The position numbers were made by a program, and so were the translations under genes. The notes under the pieces are model-generated. The model searched no databases, was not told where the DNA came from, and worked only from the letters and a program-made list of their open reading frames with translations. A stretch of 63,306 nt of DNA, counting the filler, from Basidiobolus ranarum (taxonomy: Eukaryota): NCBI GenBank assembly GCA_040143965.1. It is 31 parts of 31 records of this genome, joined end to end, with 100 filler letters (N's around TTAATTAATTAA, not from the genome) between each part and the next. Parts side by side here need not be neighbours in the genome. Positions count along the whole stretch, not along the records: positions 49,138 to 51,077 come from JASJQH010010923.1; positions 51,178 to 53,116 come from JASJQH010010924.1; positions 53,217 to 55,155 come from JASJQH010010925.1; positions 55,256 to 57,193 come from JASJQH010010926.1; positions 57,294 to 59,231 come from JASJQH010010927.1; positions 59,332 to 61,269 come from JASJQH010010928.1; positions 61,370 to 63,306 come from JASJQH010010929.1; 24 more parts are not named here. One strand, given 5' to 3'. This document shows, one piece after another, positions 49,853 to 62,460 of this stretch (positions are counted from its first letter, which is position 1; each line of letters starts with the position of its first letter).

Positions 49853-51177
49853 CTGGGTCGTCACTTTTATACACAAGTTTCGAAATCGTCACACTCCCAA
49901 ATCCGACAGGAATGCCACTCAAATTTCCCCTGGTCAACCTTATCAAAATAGCGCAATCGAAATAAAATTAATCAGTCGATTTATCAATGAATCGAGTCCC
50001 GAAATTGCATTCACCTCGGGAACCAAGCTCAATATCTATAAAAACATTGGAAATAGTCATTATTCTCCTGAGTTCTGGTAAATTTTTATTGCTATCGAGA
50101 TATATATTCAAGTGAGGATTTTGTCTTCGAATAAAAAATTAGATATGGTCAACGCATCGGCACAATTTCCCACAGACTAAATAAATGGTTACTGGTATTT
50201 GGTTCCTAATTGTTGACTTTTCATCTAGAGCACTTAAGACAACTAAACAGTTGACATGGCAGTGACTTGGCCGTAAGATACCTAATCACCGTGGCATGTG
50301 CACATGATCCAATTTGCTCGTGACTCTCTAGTATCCATCTTATACACTCAAGATGTATAATGGGAGGCACGGTGATTTCTAGGAGTCTGAACATATTTAG
50401 GAAGTACCTAAATTTTGAAAGCATCGACCACTTCCTTGCATTTGGTATAATCTATTTAATTAGAGTTGGAGTGAGTTGGAGATATGTACCGAATGCTGAA
50501 AAGTGCGAATATGGGAAAATATCACACTCGTATTTCTTGTACGCTAATCAGTGACATCACGGGAAGTACATGAATTCTTATTTTTTCTGCCTCTAGCATA
50601 TCAGTGATGTAATTTAATCTAAAATTTGAAACTTGTTTAGCGTGTTTCCAAGGTGGTTTATGATCAGCACAAATTAATGACAACATCAAATAAATTGGGT
50701 TTTAATTGGGTTTTTGATGGATTTCTTATAGGATATTTACTCTAGCATATGCGAATATGAGCGTTATGGATATATCTATTATGGTTACTAGTACGTAATG
50801 ATATTGTGTAATTCAATTAATTTTGTTTAGTCACAGCTCTAGTCAGTGTATGTGCGTTAGCTATACTTTAGCTGGATAGCATCACTTTATCACATCATGT
50901 GTAATCTAACTCCAGATGACTGTACCATCAATGATATTGCCCGATCATAGAGGGGATACATTTACATAAATATCAGTACCAAAACGCTTCGAAATTTCAG
51001 AAACCTAACTTTAACATTGTATACACTATTTTCATTATGAGCTTTTTCAATGACACACGCCCATCTGATGACCGCTCNNNNNNNNNNNNNNNNNNNNNNN
51101 NNNNNNNNNNNNNNNNNNNNNTTAATTAATTAANNNNNNNNNNNNNNNNNNNNNNNNNNNNNNNNNNNNNNNNNNNN

Positions 51178-51429
51178 AGAAAGCAACGTATCTATAGCCC
51201 CTATATTCTAAATAGGAATATCTCTATATCAATATAACAAGTATGTCTTATTACCCCCACTTATCTATTATATCTTATTACACAAACTTCTGAATATCTC
51301 AAACAATTGATTTACTTTTCTACTATATAAGTCACCATGTACTCTTAAGAATAAACTAACTAAAAACACACTATCATAAGTTGCTTCTAATACTCAAAGT
51401 CTACCCCATTATGTCAAGATCCTCCAACA
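51178..51429 (+). mobile_element. LTR family H 3' part (ends CCTCCAACA)
   Basis: Reverse-complement match to 57055-57193, which starts TGTTGGAGG inside an LTR-C. Confidence 0.65.
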
Positions 51430-51445
51430 AATTCAATGAAAAAAA

Positions 51446-52182
51446 TGTTGTGTCCAAGAGAAAAGTGGATGAAAAGTCTGGAACTTTACTGAACCAAAGA
51501 GACAGTTAAGTGCAAAATCTTAGAACTGTTTAAGCAGGATATATCAGCAGAGCAGATCTAACTAATATATGTCTTGGGAATAGCAGTGGGTTGCTATGTT
51601 ATGGTAGAGAGTTAGTTTGCTAGGCAGCTAGGCTTGGTGTTCTGTAGGTGCTAGTGAATACTAGGCTTGGATAAAAATGAGAGAGAAATATAGAATTTGT
51701 TGTGAAACACTGAGATGTGTTAAGATCCTATATTTGTTAAGACACACACTAAACCAAAAGGTTCAGTTAGCTTTATTTATACTCTTTGATAGCAAAGTGA
51801 ATTAGTCAGTGCCAAGATATTAGATGACTAATTCTGTTAAAGATAATGTGATTGGATAGATAGATAGATAGATAAGTGAGTAATGTATCAGCTGAAGTCT
51901 TGGCAGTGAAAGATCATTGGTTATGAATCTTGTGACTTATATTGACTTTCATCTAGACAAATGACTCAGAGGATAATACTGATTGGATAATGATCATGTG
52001 ATTGGTCATATGATCTGATAGAAGAGATAAGAGAATAGATAGTAGTCATGTGATAAGTCACATGATAGGGTCATGGATAAGGTCAGGTGACTAGTTAGCA
52101 ATGGTGATAAGCTAAACAGGTATTCATGCAAGTTGTATAGATATAGCATAAGTTAAGCAACTCTGTATGTTGGTGCACAACA
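51446..52182 (-). mobile_element. Solo LTR family G (737 nt)
   Basis: Termini TGTTGTG...CACAACA; second copy at 30744-30916; contains (GATA)5 at 51855-51874; no TSD. Confidence 0.7.
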
Positions 52183-52450
52183 TATAGCTTATCATTCAGT
52201 TATCTTATATTTCACCAAGATATTACCCATTATTCTTGATCAGAATATATCTTGAATATTTTTACCAACTTAGAAGCTTGAAGATATGAAGATTTTTCAA
52301 ACTTGTGCCATAAACCCCAAACCTTGCACACATGTTTCTGGGACCTTTCTTAACACATTCTACATGTTAGTCTGCTTACATCTTGACAAAACTATAAATG
52401 TCAACTTTCAATTCAATAAATCAATAAGTGAAAACCACCAATTTCTCATA
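52183..52450 (+). mobile_element. LTR-C fragment
   Basis: Homology to LTR-C. Confidence 0.75.
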
Positions 52451-53015
52451 TTTTTATTCATGTTTACAATATCTGTTTTTTATTTATTGAAGGATATATA
52501 GATCAATGCTTATTTGGAATAGATTTCTGAAATTAACAGAAAGCTTAGAGCTGTAACAACATATTCCTATTGTAACTTCTCTTCATCTAAAATGCTGCTC
52601 ATAACAAGGATGATAGATATCGTTTAGACCCTTAACCAATTGGCTTCGGAACAAACAGATCGTATATACTCAACATGAAAAGTCCGAAATTGATTCCACA
52701 TGTTGCCTTAATGTTTCAATAAATTTCAGATTAAATTAGTGGATCTAGGGCGAAGGGATATTAGAACTTAACAATATGACTTGATTAAATAATGCAAATT
52801 AAGCTATACTTAAACACTGAAAAAAAAATCGAAAAAAATGGGCCACCATACTATCCCCTATCAATTCCTGACTTTGTATTAATCAACGATAACTTGGTAG
52901 CATATTCTTTCACCTACGCTCTTGCTGGTAAGGCATGCTGTATAAAATTAACTAGAAAAAAGTTCGCCAACTAAATGATTTGACATCAGTAGATCTTTTG
53001 ATTCGTATCCCAATA

Positions 53016-53116
53016 ATGACTTCTACAAATACAGCCAAGGTCGCCAGTGCTAGGGACATTCCTGCAGTGAGAAAAGCTGAACCTGGAACTCCACTTCCAG
53101 TCGATTATAGTACCAC
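53016..53116 (+). CDS. eIF4E-binding protein (4E-BP) N-terminus
   Basis: SARDIPAVRK...LPVDYST(T) parallels the RAIP and LP-DYSTTPGG motifs of metazoan 4E-BP; truncated. Confidence 0.7.
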
Positions 53117-53216
53117 NNNNNNNNNNNNNNNNNNNNNNNNNNNNNNNNNNNNNNNNNNNNTTAATTAATTAANNNNNNNNNNNNNNNNNNNNNNNNNNNN
53201 NNNNNNNNNNNNNNNN

Positions 53217-54532
53217 TATCTATTACCAATGACGAGCCACCTAGAAGGATATAAAACGTACACGCTGATGAAGTAAACGTTGCAAGAGCTAGTTGAACTA
53301 TGGCGTTATAATCGAATCAAACAATAGGATGTCATGAAGATTCTTATATATTACCAAAAATGATTCGTTTTTCTTGAGACGTCAAGCTTATTCTCAATAC
53401 CCCCCATCCCTTAGAAATCAACATACGAAATATAAAATATATAGTGCTGGTCAGGAATATCAACAATGCTCTTAGCACTTGCATTGCAGTTGATATCTCG
53501 CCTAAAAGTAATTTAGTGTTAGCAGAGTTTTGCCAAAGTACCTGAGTAATATATATATAAAACTGTACCTGTTTTGGAGATGTAATTGAAGAAAAATATA
53601 CTGAAGAGGCTATGAGTGATACTAATCACCGCTTGTGATGCAAGAATTGAGTATAGAAACAGCGAAGCCTAAGTGTAGCAGCAACTTGTTAATGATTCTT
53701 TGTTATCCCATAGGTGTATATGTCTACTAGTATTACCTTTCGATATTTATACCAATTAAAAGTCCAGAAGGCAACCATTAGGGGCCAGATACCTAGTGCA
53801 AAAACTGTGTAGATGATGGGTAAAGGTATATCACCAGAATCCAGGTGATTGATGTTCCCATTTTGCATGTTTATAAGGGCAGTTTTGAACTATCGAAGGG
53901 TTAGTTTTGAGCAAATGCAGTAGTAGTTCCGAGTTATGAACTATCTGAATTACCGAAAATCGGACTGATACAGGAGAGCAATTCATCAGTAAGACATCAT
54001 AAATCCCCTCTTTACGAACAACATATTTAAAAGTTGGGTTTTGTGTATCTAAAGGTTCTAAAGCTTTGATTGGGTTCAAAGTAGCGAAGGAGAAATAGTT
54101 TCCAGCAGGTAAGAAGGATATTGAAGAGCAATAGCTTCCCTGTGAACCTATTACATAATTAGTAAACTTGAGGTTTAGAGTTAGTGCATTGTAATATCAA
54201 AGGAGACATTAAATTAGGTTTACCCCTGACCAGGTCTCATCGTCAAGGACAATAAGTTTTATTTGGCTTGCTTGGCTTAGGGAATCGTTCTATTTTGGCT
54301 TAAATAAGTCGTTATACATGAAAGTGAGAAAGTATTTGATACTGACCTTGGAGTCTAAGAATCCAAAATTTCCAACTGAGAATTGTACTTCCCCTTCAGA
54401 CCAAAAACTGAACTGAGATATGAAATAAGGTTCTTTATCAGGAAACAACAAGAATTTGTCAGACGAATATATCATTGAGTCGACAAAAAGGAACTTTGTC
54501 GCCAAAGTCATCAGCCACCAAGCAATAATCAT
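53217..54532 (-). CDS. Multi-exon GOST/TMEM87/GPR107-like seven-TM protein, 5' part
   Basis: Signal peptide, FSFWSEGEV, EGIYDVLLMNC, HLDSGDIPLPIIY plus TM helices; short GT-AG introns (e.g. 54290-54346). Confidence 0.65.
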
Positions 54533-55257
54533 ATGCTAAGATCGATTAATAGGAAGGATGGGTATAGGTGGAAGAGGTAAATACAGCTAGTAAATCAAAA
54601 GGAATCTTTTACATAGCAGCGAGAGGAGTTAGAAATATGTTAGAGACAAAGAGGAAACTCTCCTTTCCTCTACACTGCTGCAAACATGAGTTTCATGATC
54701 AAATCAAAGTCACGAATGATCATGAAGATCTTTCATCAAATCAAACCATATTTACCCTAAGCAAGCATTTGCTCTCCATGTAAATGCTTTGCTTTGACTA
54801 ACAAAGCGTCGCATAAAAATGTTCATGATTTACGAATCTACCATTAAGCATGCATGGAAGTATACTTAATCATAGCTGATGCAAATGTATGTAGATGAAG
54901 CTAACGGAGTTCAGACCTTACCGGTAAAGAATAAAATAAGGATATCTTACACTTGTTTACTTTTCAACAATGTGGCCCATAATATAGCAGCAGTTGTCTG
55001 GTGGCGATCCTCTATGAGCTATAAATATATACTCATACCTGCTTATCCATCCCGACAACTATATATGAGCATTGAATCTTTACAATAGTAAATATAATAC
55101 CAACCCTAACTTCCTTGCCACTCCAATCACATAATATCACCCACTCTCGTTTGTCNNNNNNNNNNNNNNNNNNNNNNNNNNNNNNNNNNNNNNNNNNNNT
55201 TAATTAATTAANNNNNNNNNNNNNNNNNNNNNNNNNNNNNNNNNNNNNNNNNNNNTC

Positions 55258-55605
55258 GACCATGTTCTTTGTGAAAAAAATGTTGTTATGATTATTCGTA
55301 AAAATGGTGACCAAGATTTCGAAAAAATAGATAAAGATGGTATCCAAAATATTCTGGAAACCATTATTGAAGTTGCCCATAAGCGAATGTTTAATTCGGA
55401 ACCATCTTCTGCACAGGCGAATATAGAGCAAGCCAAAGGTACATTGAAAGAGACTTTGGGGAAAGGTGTGCGAAACGAGCGATTGCAGCAAACAGGTATG
55501 GCCCAAAAAGAACATGGAAAAGCTAGATGCGATGCTGTTAAGAATGCTGATTTACTGAGAACAAATCTAAGTGATCAGTTGGACTCGGAGTTCCAGACCT
55601 CATAA
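55258..55605 (+). CDS. Protein ending in a CsbD-like stress domain, 3' part
   Basis: ANIEQAKGTLKETLGKGVRNERLQQTG.AQKEHGKA fits the CsbD pattern; open from the contig start. Confidence 0.55.
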   Translation, partial: DHVLCEKNVVMIIRKNGDQDFEKIDKDGIQNILETIIEVAHKRMFNSEPSSAQANIEQAKGTLKETLGKGVRNERLQQTGMAQKEHGKARCDAVKNADLLRTNLSDQLDSEFQTS

Positions 55606-56304
55606 ATTACGATGCCTCCTTGATTGCTTATTCATATTTTCCTTTAGTTGAAATCTTCAGTAACTACTTTGGATATATCAATAGTGATTAAGTTGCTTTT
55701 ATTCATGAGACTATTCCAAAGCATCGGCTGCTCTGACATAAATATGGAGTGAGGTGCTCAGATTTTTGGAAGATAGGCATAGGCTTTTATTTAAGGCAGC
55801 TTTTTGAAACATTCAGTTATTAACCCCAAGAAAAATACATACATTAACAAAGGCTTGTTGTCCTTCTGATGTGCTGTTAGGAGAGTGGATATTGACCTTC
55901 CTCAAGTATTATTAATGAACCAAGTCATCCTGAAGGTCCAGAATTTATTATATCATATATATGTTATATCCTCAGTATGCACAGATAAAAATAAGTTGCT
56001 GGGTTCTTGTCAATACAATTCTACTATGGGTTATTGTAAGCATTGAGGATAGACAGAATTTGATATGTTGTCATAGAGTTGTTAGTTAGTAGCCCAGGTG
56101 ACTTCTAATAGAAACTTATCACTATGAGCAATTTGGTGTGAAAGCTATCTAATCAGTTACCCTTGTCTAAGGTTTGACTCTTGGCCAGTCCAACATTTCT
56201 TGATTTGATTATTTTAACAAGCACCAACATCACAGTTTTAGTACCAAGCTTGCCCCCTGGATCTATTCCAATTTCTCCAGCTCCAGAGATCCCAAATACT
56301 GCTC

Positions 56305-56582
56305 AACTCCATATCAGCAATCATGTGTTCTGTAGAACAATAAGTCAAGTCAATAAACTTATTCTTTATAGTTTCTCTAATGAGGTGATGTCTAATATGT
56401 ATTTGTTTGCTTCTATTATGAAACATGGGATCTTTAGCTAATTTGATACAACTTGGATTATCTTGAAATATTGTAGTTGGCAAATTTTGAGAATAACCTA
56501 AATCTGCTACTAGTTTTCTTGACCATACTGCTTCTTTTGTTGCTTTACAGGCAGCCATATATTCTGCTTCTGTTGTTGAAAG
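56305..56582 (-). pseudogene. Copia RNase H fragment
   Basis: STTEAEYMAA..ATKEAVW, QDNPSCIKLAKDP.FH.RSK.I.IRHH. Confidence 0.88.
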
Positions 56583-57054
56583 TGTTAAAGTATTTGGGAG
56601 CCTGTTGGAAGTGGTTTGGAGAATTAGAGGAATTGGTAGTTTTCACTTATTGATTTATTGAGTAGAAAGTTGTCATTGGACTTGTTCTCAGTGATAGTGC
56701 CAGATTGTGCTGTATATATCATATTGGATAAAGAATTCTAAAATTTATGCGGCACAATTTGGCACTATCCATCACCCTCTGGCATGATCAATTTCAATCA
56801 CATTTACTCTAATACTTTGATCCATGGTCCAATAAATCCTGGCATAATGGAACAAGTCTATTTATAGTTTAGTCAGGATGTAAGCAAACTAGCATGTAGA
56901 ATATGTTAAGGAAGGTTCCAGGAACATGTGCACAAAGTTTGGGGCTTCTAGCACAAGTTTGAGAATCTATATATCTGAGAACTTCTAAGTTGGTAGAAAT
57001 ATTCCAAGTAAATTCCAATTCAGAATAATAGATAATATCTTAGTGAATTATAAG
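56583..57054 (-). mobile_element. LTR-C interrupted by a MITE and by LTR-H (57055-57193)
   Basis: LTR-C homology resumes after 56860. Confidence 0.8.
56678..56859. mobile_element. 182-nt MITE, TIR RGACTTGTTC, 3-bp TSD ATT
   Basis: ATT at 56675-56677 and 56860-56862; the empty site GACATTTATGG is seen in LTR-C at about 61418. Confidence 0.88.
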
Positions 57055-57479
57055 TGTTGGAGGATCTTGACATAATGGGGGCAGACTTTGAGTATTAGAA
57101 GCAACTTATGATAGTGTGTTTTAGTTAGTTTATTCTCAAGAGTATATGGTGACTTATATAGTAGAAAAGTAAATCAATTGTTTGAGATATTCANNNNNNN
57201 NNNNNNNNNNNNNNNNNNNNNNNNNNNNNNNNNNNNNTTAATTAATTAANNNNNNNNNNNNNNNNNNNNNNNNNNNNNNNNNNNNNNNNNNNNTGATTAT
57301 TCCAAATTTCCGCTTTGATTTGGCTGTTAGGCAGTTGCTAACATTAGGTTACCACCTAACTGGTCCACTGTGACCCTCACTAAATACCGGTCAAACCAAG
57401 AACCCCGTCATGCTTGGAATAAAATCAGCATGTTGCCATTTAGTAGTGCTATAAAATGTGGAAAAAATGGTATTCATAG

Positions 57480-59231
57480 AATAGGATAGGTCTTACTTCT
57501 CACTACTACCAGCTCCTGGGGGGAGCGATAAGAGGGCCTTTGTTACCCTTGGATCAAAAGGAAGGTGTAAGGACTTTGATGCTATCTAAAGTCGAGGGAA
57601 TCCATATACCCTTAAATGATAAGGAATGGCGTGTTGATCTCATTAATGAGCCGGTTTCTATGGCCGAAGGTATATGTTTACCTTTACTTGGAGTGGAGTA
57701 TCTCCGCGAGAAGGAAAAAAAGTTCAAGGGGGGGGGAAGAGAACATTGAGTGTGATATTCCCGAATTCATTCAACAGTATACTGGAATTTAGTATACCGA
57801 AAGGAGTAGGATCGAAAGATATAAGCAACAATGAGTACATGTCGGTCACTCCTCACCACAAATTCTCTAAATTGGATTACTACAAATTGCTCTTCCATTT
57901 GACGCCAAATAAGTTGGACCTACTGGCTCCTTCCAAACATTATCGTCAATTTAAAAATTTCCTGGGCTAATTCGAAAGTCTATGGGAAAAACTGAATCGG
58001 GTTGGTTGGTCCAAAGCAGGTCAAAAATTGATCAGAGCGAGCCATGCTTATCTTTGAGGACAACAGTTCAATTGGGGTAGTCTATTGTCAGCAATGAAAT
58101 TAGCTTGGCCATTACTCAAGTTAATATAACCGAACAGGACCTTCTAGAAGCCAAGTTCACTCATGCCCCAAAGGATCGACAGGAATGCGCTCTGGTGAAG
58201 TTGTCTCAAGATATACTCCTTCCTGTAGAACGTTGGGGTGATAGTACATCGGGAAAATTGATGAGCCGATTTCAAGAGTCTAGTTTAAAGTGACTCTTCT
58301 TGGGCCTGCCCAATTATAAAGCCGATTTTTATCACCCAGAGAGTGTTCAAGCTGCAAATAATGCTGGCCATTTGATCAGTCCCTATGATTCTTATAATAC
58401 TGCCGTTCCAGAAGGAATTGAACTATCAGTTCGTACGGCTCATCTCGGCCAAGAAGTATTTGAAAAGTGTGGAGTAATGTTGGAGAATGGAAAACACTTA
58501 CCAGGCTTCCAAGGAAAAGGTATCCACACAAACACTCCTTGCGTACGCAAAATATTTCGGGAATGTGTGAAAGAGGTTCAAGAGAAAACACGTAATGCTT
58601 ATAACAGTTGGTTCCTGGATGTTGATGTCTCTGGTATGGTTCACGAGGACTATGACCCTGCCCGTACTAGCACTGAAGCTCAAGATGTAAGAGACCGGAA
58701 CTTACGAATGAGGTGGGTAGCCATCAACTCGCGACCAAGACTTTTAGCTGGTTCAGAGAATGGCTATTCTCATATGAACACGGAAATAGCATTCGTGCAT
58801 GGGATGCAAAATACTAAGGTTGGGTGGGGTGGCCCACAAATGCACAAGAACAAAAGCTCCCCATTTTTTTCGGTGGTTATTTCCCTGATGATCGACCAGC
58901 CACGTATTTCCAACCTGCTTTGATACAATCAAAATACAAACAGCTGTATTATACTCCATCGAAGAGGTTGCCACCATTTCAAGCGGTATTACACGACAAT
59001 GGGATTACTACAAATCACTGGCTGCTTGACAACCTAAAACTCCAGGATATCTAGTGCGATGGAGAGTTACTGTAAATTTGTGCAATGTACCTCCATTAAT
59101 CCATTAGAATTTGGCTACTGCTGATACTAAAATTCAATATATACCCCGTATCAACGCTTTCACGACGCTTTCTTCCGCCCTGTTCCAGTCTTTGATAGAC
59201 TTCGAATAGTTATTAAACGATCATATAGTAC
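57480..59231 (+). pseudogene. Bacterial-type glycoside hydrolase (GH129/GHL, GH101-related), disrupted
   Basis: PYDSYNTA, GFQGKG, NSWFLDVD.SG...EDY, GSENG, AFVHGM, RLP.FQAVLHD..ITTNHW..DNLK; no introns seen; several stops and frameshifts. Family recognised from memory; 5' boundary approximate. Confidence 0.7.
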
Positions 59232-59331
59232 NNNNNNNNNNNNNNNNNNNNNNNNNNNNNNNNNNNNNNNNNNNNTTAATTAATTAANNNNNNNNNNNNN
59301 NNNNNNNNNNNNNNNNNNNNNNNNNNNNNNN

Positions 59332-59806
59332 CATCATCGAGTGCTGTGATTTGTCACCGGTGTGCCAAAACTACTGGTGTTTCGTAATGCAGGAGCTGTT
59401 GTGCCCAATTGAAAATCAGGATACTGTGTTAGTGAGGGACAAATGATTGGCCTAAAAACATGTGAATGTCTTGGTTATACATTTGATTGGGTAAGTTACG
59501 GTATAAATTGTTTATTGTTACACATTCAGTAATTTGTAAGTTACAAACTAGGGGATGAATTTACTTTGTCAGTTACCCAAAATCTTAATTTGGCAATACT
59601 AAATTGGGTAACTTGGTATGGGCTGGCACAATATCTCCAAAAAAATCATTGTGTCCGATTGTGGTGGGATAGTGCCATATTGTTCCTTATAGTGTCCAAT
59701 CAAGTATTATAGGACCCAGCCATGGTAATTGACAGATTGCATCCAATGGTGTACTATCAGGCTGGATTGAGCGGCACAATCTGACCTGGTCCGATGGAAC
59801 AAGTCT
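59332..59806. mobile_element. PHIS-family element end (…GGAACAAGTCT|AAT)
   Basis: Reverse complement of 47369-47840. Confidence 0.7.
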
Positions 59807-61269
59807 AATACATTCTTCCACAGGCTGACTGCTCCTTCAATTTCTAGATATCCAGAGCCATTATATGGCTTATGAACTAATACCAATTGGTTGGGATGGA
59901 AGCAGGAAGGCATTGGCCAATCATCATTAATATAGTAGAGGAGTTCTATGGGTACAACAATGTTCTCTGCTTCTTGACAAGTTCTTTTTGTACTTCCTCC
60001 TCTACTGGGTCCAGAATGTTTGGTCCTTCAAAAACTGTAGTATTAATGTAGGCCAATCAGATTCTTCAATGATATAGATTTTCTTAGCCTTAATTACTTG
60101 AGACAATGCATCTGCTACAACATTTACTTTTCCAGGGCAATAGTGGACTTGTTCCATTGTGCCAAGATTTATTGGATCTTGGATCAATATAGTAGAGTAA
60201 ACATGATTGAAATTAATCATGCCAAAGGGTGCTGGCTAGTGCCAAATTGTGCCAGTAATTCATCTCTCCCAGCATTGGGATTTTTGTTCTTTATAGTGAC
60301 TGAGCTCAGTGCGTGATAGTCAACACACATTCATAGAGTTCTATCTTTCTGCATGATAAAGAAGACAGGTGCTCCCTATGGCAACTTGCTTAGTCTTATA
60401 AATCTTTGCTCTAAGAGTTAGTCAATTTGCTTCTTAAATTCTTGTAACTCCAAGGGACTCATATGGCTGGGTGCTTTGCTCACAGGTCTGCTGTCTCCTG
60501 CAACAATTGCCTGGTCTACTTCTCCGGTAGGTGGAAGCTCTGTCAAATCTTCTGGAAATATATTCTTGTATCCCTTCAATACTTGTGTCATTGCAATAGA
60601 GGTATCCTTGAACTCCTTGTCCTGCAATACAGCAATTAGAAAGATATCTGGATTCTCCCAGACACCTTGCCTGAGCTAACTTTCAATGGCAGACACATCA
60701 CCCTTCAGGCCAGTCATGATAAGGTGATACTCCATTTTGGCAGGAGTAAGCTATTAAGTATTGCACTCCTTTATGAGAATATGATCATGGGTTCTCAAGT
60801 CAATATTTGAATTGCACTGAAATAGTCAAGTCTTTCCAAATGCTAAGTCAAGCTTACAGCCCTTAAACAAGTAAGCTTTTATGTCATCCTGGTAGTCTCC
60901 TATAGTGATTCTCAAGGGAATTGTAATTTAACATAAAGAGTGTGCTGGTCCATCTGCAGTCGAATCTCTGGGGGTTGAGGCAAGTTCCGAGAAGAATCCT
61001 GCTTTGTTGGCAAACTGGGATGATGTATACTCATGTGATGCTCCTGAGTCAATCATGATGATGGGGGTAGTTCCATTTATAACTCCATCAAGATAAAGTA
61101 CACTTCCTGTGTTCTCACTGCAATTGCACCAAATTTCAGCAGTTTGTGAAAAAGTGGCATCATCTCCCTCTTCCCAAATGGTGTCTGACTCTTCCATAGT
61201 CTTGACAAAAGTAGACCCAAGTGTATCTTGTATAACATCAATAAATGTGATTAACTGTCTATTTCTGCC
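59807..61269 (-). pseudogene. Ty3/gypsy pol fragments (protease, RT start, RNase H end) with a PHIS/MITE end at 60145-60255
   Basis: MIDSGASHEY, FPEDLTELPP, TL.MCVDY, PGKVNVVADA. Confidence 0.85.
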
Positions 61270-61369
61270 NNNNNNNNNNNNNNNNNNNNNNNNNNNNNNN
61301 NNNNNNNNNNNNNTTAATTAATTAANNNNNNNNNNNNNNNNNNNNNNNNNNNNNNNNNNNNNNNNNNNN

Positions 61370-61676
61370 TTAGAGGAATTGGTGGTTTTCACTTATTGAT
61401 TTATTGAGTAGAAAGTTGACATTTATGGTTTTGTCAAGATGTAAACAAACTAACATGTAGAATATGTTAAGGAAGGTCCCTGGAACATGTGTGCAAAGTT
61501 TGGGGCTTCTAGCACAAGTTTGAAAAATCTATATATCTGAGAACTTCTAAGTTGGTAAAAATATTCTAAGTAAATTCCAATTGATAATAATTGATAATAT
61601 CTTAGTGAATTATAAGATAACTAAGTACTAAGCTATATATGACTATATAGGAGTTTAGGCAATGCTAATTTCAACA
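61370..61676 (-). mobile_element. LTR-C copy
   Basis: Ends CTAATTTCAACA on the plus strand. Confidence 0.85.
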
Positions 61677-61771
61677 GTTATGGCTTCTTTGTTTTATTTG
61701 AAATAAAGATTTCACCTGTTGGTGACTGTCTCCCCCCTAGCCCTTACCCTTGCCAGAACATCTATACCCTA

Positions 61772-62460
61772 AGAATATACTGCTGCCTGAGAAGCAACAA
61801 AAGAAGTGACATGGTTACAAATACTCTTAACATATTTAGGTTATTCTCAAAACTCACCAATTACAATATTTCAAGATAATCAAAGTTGTGTCAAATTAGC
61901 TTAGAATTCCACAGTTTGTAATAGATTCAAACACATTGAAATTAGATATCACTTCATTGAAGCAACTATAGAGAAACAGTTTATAGATTTAACTTATTTT
62001 TCTACAGAAGACAAGATTACTGATATATTAACTAAACCATTAACTAGACAGAAATTTCAGAAATTTAAGCCTTTATTGGGATTAGTTTATATGACTATTT
62101 AGCTAAGGGAGAGTGTCAAAATTAGCACTGCCTAAATACTTATAAAGTCATATATAGCTTAGTACTTAGTGATCTTCCATTTCACTAGGCTGTTACCCAT
62201 GATTCTCAATTGGAATTTACTTGGTATATTTTTACCAACTTATTAGTTCTATGATACATTGATTATTTAGGCTAGTACTAGAAGCCCCAACTTTGCACAC
62301 ATGTTTCTGGGCCCTTCCTTGACATATTCTACATGTTAGCTTACTTACATCTTAACTAACCTATAAATGTAAACTTGCCACTAAATAAGTCAGTAATTGA
62401 AAACCACCAATTTCTCTGATTCTCCAAACAACTTCCAACAGGCTCCCAAGCACTTTAACA
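61772..62460 (+). mobile_element. Copia RNase H end, PPT (62105-62113) and 3' LTR-C (62114-62460)
   Basis: KHIEIRYHFI, DILTKPL; AAGGGAGAG then TGTCAAAATTAGC...TTTAACA. Confidence 0.88.

Noticed and set aside
49138-59231. Gene cluster of Hsp70, 4E-BP, GOST, CsbD and GH
   Set aside because: Each lies on a separate contig; the order reflects contig length only.
1956-61369. Regularly spaced TTAATTAATTAA palindromes as a CRISPR-like or biological array
   Set aside because: Always centred in N44 padding between length-sorted contigs; an artificial linker. ORFs ending in X...LIN are linker artefacts.
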